The notes below the pieces were generated by a model. The model did no database searches, was not told the origin of the DNA, and saw only the letters and a program-made list of their open reading frames with translations. Below, piece after piece: positions 56,011-64,000 of a DNA stretch of 64,000 nucleotides (its first letter is position 1; every line of letters begins with the position of its first letter). A program made the position numbers and the translations under genes. The stretch is from Auanema rhodensis (taxonomy: Eukaryota > Animalia > Nematoda): the NCBI GenBank assembly GCA_964057225.1, contig OZ059897.1:16740001-16804000 (forward strand), in the 5' to 3' direction.

Positions 56011-58349
56011 TTAGGCTTTAGAAGCTTTTTTTGTTTTAATGTTCTTCCTTCCTGGTTTACTATTCACCACGCTTTGTTCATTATCAAGAATTGACTTTTT
56101 TTGTTTTTTTGAATCGATATGCTGTTCATGGTTAGAACTTCTCTTCTTTGTAGGTCGTTCTTGCTTGTTACGTTTAGCAGCAAGAAACTCTTCAGCCTAA
56201 ACAATTCAAACATTATCCAGAAAAAAGAAAAGATAAAACCTCCTCTTCAGTCATTCCAGCCATCATCAGCTCAAGCTTCTTTTGATTTTCACGCTTTTCA
56301 CCAAACTGCTCACTTTCAAGTTTTAAATGAGCTTCTTTTTTAGATACAAGTACTTTAGTAGTATATTTAGTAACTTGCTTATGATTTACCTAAAAAAGAA
56401 TATACAGAGCACATATTATCAATGACCAACCTTAAGTTCATCAAACTTCTTGCCAACATATTCTTCACAAGCTTGCAACAAAACAATATCATGCTGCGTA
56501 CAGAATATTAAAGCAGAACCATATCTTAATTCACAAAATAACAATGAATAAAAAACCTAATGTTTACCGCCCCGCTCGAGCAGATCTACCTACTCTATGA
56601 ACGTATGTTTTGGGACATCTCGGTATGTTATGATTAATTACTAAATCTACCTGAAACAAGGTTTTTTTTTTAATCATAAAAGCATATGACAACATACATG
56701 AGGAATATCAAGCCCTCTTGCAGCAACATCAGTGCAAATTAACACTTTTTTATTTTTACTACGGAAAGCTGAGAGAGAAGCCATTCGAATTTTTTGAGAT
56801 ACTTGAGAATGTAAAACTCCAACCTAATAAAAGTATTATTTTAATATTTACAAATATTCTAACTTCGAATCCAAGAGCAGTAAACATATAAGAGAGAGCA
56901 TGTGCTTCACGGCAGGTTTCAGCAAATACCAACACAGAGCTCTTTGAATTTTGTTCCAAATAATTTTTTACAACATAAACCTGTAGAAAAAATTTAACAT
57001 AGTATATAATAAGAATATACCAAATAGGCATCCTTAACAGCCATGGGGCAAAGAACAAACTTTTGTTCTAACTTTTCCACAGTTGTAACTTGTGATTTAT
57101 CTTCAAAGAAGAAAGGTTTACGAACGGACAAATTATGAAGAGTAGTGATCGCAGTAGAAATAGTAGCAGAAAAAAGAAGTGTTTGACGTTTCTTCGGTAC
57201 AGCATCGAATATAATTTTAAGCTGGAAAAATAATTTTTTCTAGAAACAAAAAGAAAACTAACATCATCGGTGAACTGTCCATCCAGTAACCTATCAGCTT
57301 CATCAAGAACAAAGAATTCAACTTTTCTGAAATAAATAATACCATTAACTATGAAAAAAAAACAAAAAAAACTTCAAAACATTTGACAATGATTCATTAT
57401 TTAATAGGTGATCAGTTAATCGTCCAGGTGTTGCAATAACAATGTGAGGTCTTTGACTAAGTTCGGTCGCTTGCTGAATCTGTAAAAGAGGTGAAAGAAT
57501 GTAAAAACAAAATTAAACTTACGATGCACTTTCCACCAACAATGACAGAAACCTTCAAGCATATAGGTCGACCTAATGAAGTAAACTGATCTGCAATTTG
57601 AAAAGCTAATTCACGTGTCGGAGTTAATATTAGAGCAAAGATTCCGAAGGGATCTACCGCGAGCTATAAAATCGAATTTAAAAATTGTTGACCTCAGCCA
57701 CATTATCACCTTTTTTAATATCGGAAGAGCGAATGATAGTGTTTTTCCGGTACCTGTCTTAGCACAACCAAGAACGTCACTACCATCGTTAATACGAGGT
57801 ATGCAAGCAGCCTATAATATATTTAAAAATTTCAAAAAATTCATATATGTAACAAATATTGAGTATTAGTATTCAAATATTATATATCATACTTGAACAG
57901 GTGTTGGTTTTGTAATTCGCAACATATCTAATCGCTCTACAAGCCATGAAGGTACACCTATCTTACTGAATGTAAGATTTTTATCGATTTCTGAGCTGAT
58001 CTGAAAAAAATTACGTTGAATGAATTTTAAACCGCAAAACCTTATGAAAAATGATATTGTCTCATTTTCAGATAAAAAATTATAGCATTTACTTACCTCA
58101 ACTGGTTCAATTTTTTGCAATTCTTTGAGTTCTTCTCCTTCCTCGTGTTCCTCATTTTCTTCCTCCGATTCCTAAATCGATTAGAAAACAAACTCTATTT
58201 AAAATGCTTACTTCTTCATCAGAAACATCAGAAGAATCAGATGCCACATCATCATGGTCATTGCCCCCTTGTTCTTCTGTTTCTTCGGATATTTCTTCAT
58301 TATTATCATCCTCATCAGAAGAATATAGAAAGTCGTCTGTTCCCTCCAT
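56011..58349 (-). CDS. DDX49: DEAD-box RNA helicase DDX49/Dbp8
   Basis: Q motif [62 protein letters not shown]; acidic N-terminus, basic C-terminus. Confidence 0.93.
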
Positions 58350-58532
58350 TTATGTTCCTTGAAAATATAATTTCAAAAAACACAAGTAAGAACAATTCAG
58401 GTAAGAGAACTCGGAAAATCCGATTACAAAAACGATAGAATTCAAAAAAAATTAATTTAGCATTAGAAAGCAGCTGACATAAAACAAAAGAGGCAAACGA
58501 GAAAAGCATAACAAATCTTGAAAATAGCTGAA

Positions 58533-59058
58533 TTATTTTGGAATTTGTTGTTGAATCTGTTGTAATTTCATCTCACGGATTTTGTTAGTTTCTTCTTCAG
58601 TCAAGAAGCGAATATTGTGTTTGCTCTTATGCTCATTCAATTCGGTTCCTTTTGATACCAACTTTTCGTTGAGATCCTCTGAGATTTTAGACAACTGAAA
58701 TATAAACATTATTTTAATAAGAAATTGAACAAACTGACGTTTTTGTAATTGATTTCTAAGGTTGGAAGAGCTTCTTCTACGCTGTACTCGATCAAAGAAT
58801 TACCGATCATCTTGAAAGCTCTTTGAGCAGGATCCAAATCTTTCAAAATTTGTATAACACGCCTAGATTTATAACGATAGTGTTATATTACATGATAAAT
58901 ATTGATAAATACCCATATTCTCGTTTCTCTTCCTCAATTCTTGTAATCTCATTAGCAAAGGTTTGCTGCTCTTCCCGGAGGCGTTGGAAGGTCTCCACAA
59001 TCTGCTTTTGCTCTTGTTCAGCAGGGGTTGTTGCAGGAGCAGCAGTAGAAGTAGCCAT
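58533..59058 (-). CDS. pfd-2: Prefoldin subunit 2
   Basis: [29 protein letters not shown]...[22 protein letters not shown]...[13 protein letters not shown]; three exons. Confidence 0.88.
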
Positions 59059-59568
59059 GGTATAACCTATACAATATTTAAAATATCGTCTTAATTAAAA
59101 TTATTCAAAATCTTAAACTATCGAGAGTTACGCTAAGACGTTTAAAAAAAGCGAGAGTCGAACGACAATAAAGTTATCAGCAGTTTATTATCATACAATT
59201 TGACTCATCATAATAAAATATTTTAAAATCGCAACCAGAGATAAAACAGGCATTCGAGACATCCTCCTACGGTTGACGATGCAACTCTACTTTAAATTGA
59301 GGATAAAAATATACGCAGTTTGCCGTATTATTCAAGAATGTAACAACACAATGAACTCGAAAGTTTAAATATATATATTATTGATATTATTCAGAAAAAG
59401 TCGGGATATAGAGAAAACGATTGGCTATAATTTCAAATTGTATTCGTTTTTGGATAATTATAACATGACTAAGACTAATCAATAATCCCACCTTCTTTAT
59501 AATTCATGAGCTGATGTATCCCATTTTGACATATTATATTATAAATGATAAATATTTGTTTTCAGAAC

Positions 59569-61269
59569 ATGGGAATTCAAGTCATAGAATCTAAAATTTC
59601 CCCAATTTATGTAGATTTTAATGCTACAACTCCTTTGGCTCCTGAGGTCATATCTTCTATTACGGAGGGTTTACAGTTATGGGCCAACCCTTCAAGTAAT
59701 CATCCCTTATGTAAATGAAAAATAAGCTATGTTTTGAGATATACCTTTTAAGCTTGCCACGCAGCAGAAGAAATTGACTTAGCAAGAAAGCGTTTAGCTG
59801 TTTTACTTAATGTACAGAAGGAAGAAGTTATATTTACTTCTGGTGGCACTGAGGTATTTATATTACATGCTGATAATTTATCTTTACATTGAAAACACAG
59901 TCTAATAATTGGATAATACAAGCAGTGATTTCCAAGTATGCAGAAAGTAATCGACCCAAAATACCACATGTGATATCGAGCGCTATAGAACATCCTTCTA
60001 TTTCAAATAAGTTACAAGATTTGTTGAACCAAGGCCTGATAGGTGTGTTTGGAAAATATGTTAAACTAACTATCTTAAAAACTAATTCCAGAATTATCTG
60101 AATGCGAAATTGATATGCAAACTGGCATGGTTAATTTGAATTGCTTAGAACACCTAATAAAGGAGAATACTTGTTTGGTCACCGTAATGTTAGCCAATAA
60201 TGAAACAGGTGTCATCCAACCGATTAGAGAAATTTCAGATGTTTTGAAAAAGAATGAAAAAAAATTCGGTTGGAAATACTTTCCAACTGAGCCTGAACCA
60301 TGGTTTTTTTAGGCAGTGCTTGTTTTTTTCACACAGATGCCTCCCAAGCCATTGGAAAGATCAAAGTGGATTTACAAGAATTAGGAGCTGATTCTTTAAC
60401 TGTTGTTGGGCACAAAGTTGGAGCAGTTGCGTTGATTATATTAGAGCTATTTATTTTAGTTTTACGGTCCAAGAAATGGAGCATTAATAGTTCGTGAACC
60501 TTGGAAATCATTATATCTGAAGCCACTTCTCTTTGGTGGAAACCAAGAATTTGGGTTTCGATCGGGGTAAAATTCTGATTTAATCGCGTCTTATTCTGAA
60601 TTAACAGAACGGAAAATACCCCAATGATTATGGGCTTAGGAACTGCTGCTCAGTTGTCCTTAATGAACGTGTCAATTTATCAAAATCATCTATTATCTAT
60701 TAGGGATTATTTTGAAAAGCAGTTACAAGTTCAGTTTTAATATAATCGAGTGAATTTGTTTTTTCTTCAGGAGCAACTGCCAAACAATCACAGAGTTAAT
60801 TTTAGCAGTTCAATTCGTCTACCTAATACAAGCAGTGTATCATTCTTGAAATGGCCAGGCAATGCTTGTGAATTGTTAGAAAGGTTTCGTTTTATTATAA
60901 TTATTTAATGAATGGTATCAACTTTAGCTGTAAATTGTTCTTAGCTAGTACGGGAGCAGCATGCCACACTGGTGCAGTGAGGTTAATTTAATTTTTTTAA
61001 AATATATAATCAATCACTAAAGTTCTATCGTGGATTTTCATGAAAAATTTGAAAAATAACTTAATTCATAGGAACTGTTTTCAGTACTATTCTCACTAGC
61101 TGTGGAGTTTCTTACGAAATTTCATCCAGAACCATTCGTTTTAGTTTTGGACGAGAAACAACAATTGCTGAGGTAACTGGGAACTCATTAACTTAGTGCG
61201 TATTAATTGGGGTTTTTTCAGATAGATATAATAATAGCTGAATTGAAAAGTATTCTCGAAAACTGTTAA
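59569..61269 (+). CDS. scly-1: Selenocysteine lyase (NifS-like class V PLP enzyme)
   Basis: [43 protein letters not shown]-Lys VVGHKFYGP, RSGTENT, catalytic ASTGAACH; no mitochondrial leader unlike NFS1. Confidence 0.88.
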
Positions 61270-61370
61270 ACATAACAAAAATAAATAATTTATTTTATAA
61301 CATTAATACTGTATAAATTATGCATATAAAATCACAATCTTAATTTATTATTCACAATCTCTTAAAATCT

Positions 61371-63806
61371 TTAGATTTTATTTCGAATTAATCCTTTCAT
61401 CATATCAAAAGTATTACCATCGTCCCCAAGGGAGAAAATCTGAATAACAGCAAACATAAATTTTCATTTAAAATAAATATTACCTTTTTTGGATTTGTCT
61501 TACTTCTAACTTGCAAATACCCGTAGTTGTCAAGTCCTCTTATAATACATTTTTCGCCATGATCTTCTAGAAGAACTTCTTCTCGGCTGAAATGAATATG
61601 ATCAATAAATGTGAAGCTGAACGTAATATACCAATGCAACCAGTACTGGTAATATTTCTTCAAGAAATCTGTTTGCCCTTTTAATTCGTACATACTTAGC
61701 CAATCTGGAACGATGTAAATAGAATCAAAAATGATTAGAGTATTTCTTTTTACTTACATTCAAACTTATTCAGGCTTTCAGCAATAACTTCTTCAACTGT
61801 GAAGTTAATGTCTTCATTCTCCGGAACAATATCATTCAAGCAAACAGTCGGTAGAGAATTAGTCACATTGATTCCAGCACCTAAAAAAATAGCAAATTAT
61901 AATCTTAATTTTATGAAAAACGAACCAAGAGTGAAGAGCAGATTATCATCTCTTGTTCGGCACGTAGCCAATAATCCACCAAGCTTATGAGACCTGTTGA
62001 AATAAAAATCGTTAGGCCATTTAATTTTTATCGGGAAATCCTGCAAAGAAAATGTTTTATAAAAACATAAGCTATTCAATTTTACTTCATGTCCACTTAG
62101 CGTGCAAACAGCGTCAACTATTGAAACAGCAAAAATATGCTGAATAAAAGTTGGATTTTTAGCTAATGAGCAGCCTTTAGTTATAACAACAGAGCATGTA
62201 AACATGGCTGCACCTGCCGGAGATATAAACTCATTCCCTCCACGTCCTGTAAGGAAAGTTAAACATATATTTTCAAGTGTATCTTACCTTTTCCAGATAT
62301 TTGCTGAGATGCTACAACAACCCAATTATCACAAGATGGAATTCCATCACATAAGCTATAAAAGAAATGTCATATTACAAAAAATACGAATTCAAACTAT
62401 CTAACCTTGAGCACACATTCATTGTGGTAGTTGCTACAGGAACATGAAGACATACATGCCCCAATTTAACTGTAGTTAATTTGTCAAAGAAAGATTTAAA
62501 ATTGAATGATGTTTCCATATTGTCTCTGAATCATGTAAAAAATAATAAATTACAAGAAGAAATATCTTACATATCACCAACTTCAATTGGTAGCAAATCT
62601 TCGTTGGCTTCCGGAAGCCCATTTTGTCTAAACTTTTCCGATGTTCGTAAAAATAGCTTGGGGTTGCAACCTATTTCCTCCCCATATCGCACACCCTATC
62701 AGAAATAATTTTTATTTGTAAAGAATGAACTCATTACCATCATATTTTTGATGATATTTTCATCTCTAGAAGCCATATATCCACGTGTTAAAGCAGGAAC
62801 TTCAGTTTCCATTATATTAACTCCAATTCTTGATAAGGATTCAGAAAGAATTTTGTTGCCTGAATAATTCATAAAAATTCAAAAACGATATTAAAAACGG
62901 AACCTGGAGCTAAAAGCTGTTCAGAAGTTGCATCAGAAAAAACAGCTGCAGCTTGATGAGCACTGTTTTGCATATATAAAAATAATGGTGTATCTAAAAA
63001 TTATGTTAAAAGTCTGGAGTGGAAATTTGTAAACCTTGAGTTTTAGAAAGAACAACTGAGTAGCTCAAACCACCAATCAAATCTTTGGAATGAAATTTTT
63101 CATTAACCTATAAAGAACTGAATAATGCCAGATGTGCTAAGTAATACAATTACATGTCCGTGTTTTGTCAAGCTTTTCAACGACTTTTTAAGAAACTGCT
63201 CAAATTCTTTTCCCATCGATGAATCACGTGACCCAAAAGCCATTCTCAATATATCAGCCTGAAGTATAAATAATTCCGTTAGTACATAACTTAAATAATT
63301 TTTTACTTGTTTTTTAGAAGATTCACACTCAGTTAAACTGGCCAGTAGTCTATTCTGACATACAAATATTATTTTTCCTGCCTAAAAAGTGAAATATAGA
63401 AATATAGTTCAAGTTCAATTTAACAACTTGATTGAAATATATTTGCATTTTTGCCCAAGCAGCATCATCTAAGTTTTTAGTATCAGCAATAACCAAACAT
63501 GAAGTTGTTGGTTCAATCCATGGCTGTTTTTTGATGGCTTCTGCACTTATATTAAAAACTGTATACTTATTTGCAGGAAGAATCCTGGTCAAGTTATTAC
63601 GGATACGTCGGAAAAGATCTTCTTGTTGTCCTGTATAAACAAGAATCTAAAACACAGGTTGATATTTCAAAAAATTACGAAGCAATCCAATAAAAACATA
63701 CGGATGGTGGCTTATACATGGCTTTGTCAGAAGGCGTTTTGGAAGAAAGAAAATTTCGAGTAGGCGTATAAGGACGACGGAATGAATGCCTTTCGAAGAG
63801 GATATC
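61371..63806 (-). CDS. bpl-1: Biotin-protein ligase (holocarboxylase synthetase), 5' end outside traced region
   Basis: QISGKGRGGNEFISPAGAAMF, IKIKWPNDFY...KLGGLL, GINVTNSLPTVCLN, YYQYWLH, IRGLDNYGYLQV, DGNTFDMMKGLI. Confidence 0.95.
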
Positions 63807-64000
63807 TGAAAGGACAAATCAAATTAATTCTATTTCCTTAGAATATATTAATCAATTTTGATGTATACTACAACTCACATAGTTTTAAATTTCTAAAATT
63901 ATATAAAGAAATCATTAACGTGGCTTTTGAGTATGAAACATTAACAAAGTTTTTATCTATTAGCTTTAAAAAGGTTGTAAATATGTTACAAGTGTTTTTA

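Noticed and set aside
59569-61370. Selenoprotein or SECIS signal near the selenocysteine lyase
   Set aside because: No in-frame TGA in the traced exons and no SECIS-like stem in the short AT-only 3' region.

Overview
AT-rich, gene-dense eukaryotic DNA with very short (~40-60 nt) GT-AG introns; gene content and splice signals indicate a rhabditid-type nematode (acceptors are mostly TTTAG/TTAAG rather than the strict Caenorhabditis TTTTCAG). About 24 intron-containing genes can be traced by hand: a DEG/ENaC channel with a very large ectodomain insertion (5' truncated), a two-ShKT secreted protein, Aralar/citrin carrier, MECR, SRSF11/rsp-7, SNU13, a lact-family serine hydrolase, a six-Cys secreted peptide, a multipass membrane protein, an SMZ-like sperm PDZ protein, a neuropeptide-like precursor, SZRD1/szy-20, WBP11, a KCTD BTB protein, a secreted Gly/Ser-rich protein, Mi-2 (let-418/chd-3), ELP5, DDX49, prefoldin-2, selenocysteine lyase, biotin-protein ligase (5' truncated) and several orphans. 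There is a decayed Tc1 transposase remnant. The best unexplained signals are a + strand run of four hairpins with H/ACA-like boxes at ~46.63-46.91 kb, an in-frame 24-nt microexon in Aralar, a hairpin-masked candidate poison exon in rsp-7, a perfect NFI palindrome, and a selenocysteine lyase lacking the Se-specificity Asp. No prokaryotic system, CRISPR array, tRNA or rRNA was seen. Gene models are manual splicing inferences; CDS coordinates give the first-to-last coding base including introns.
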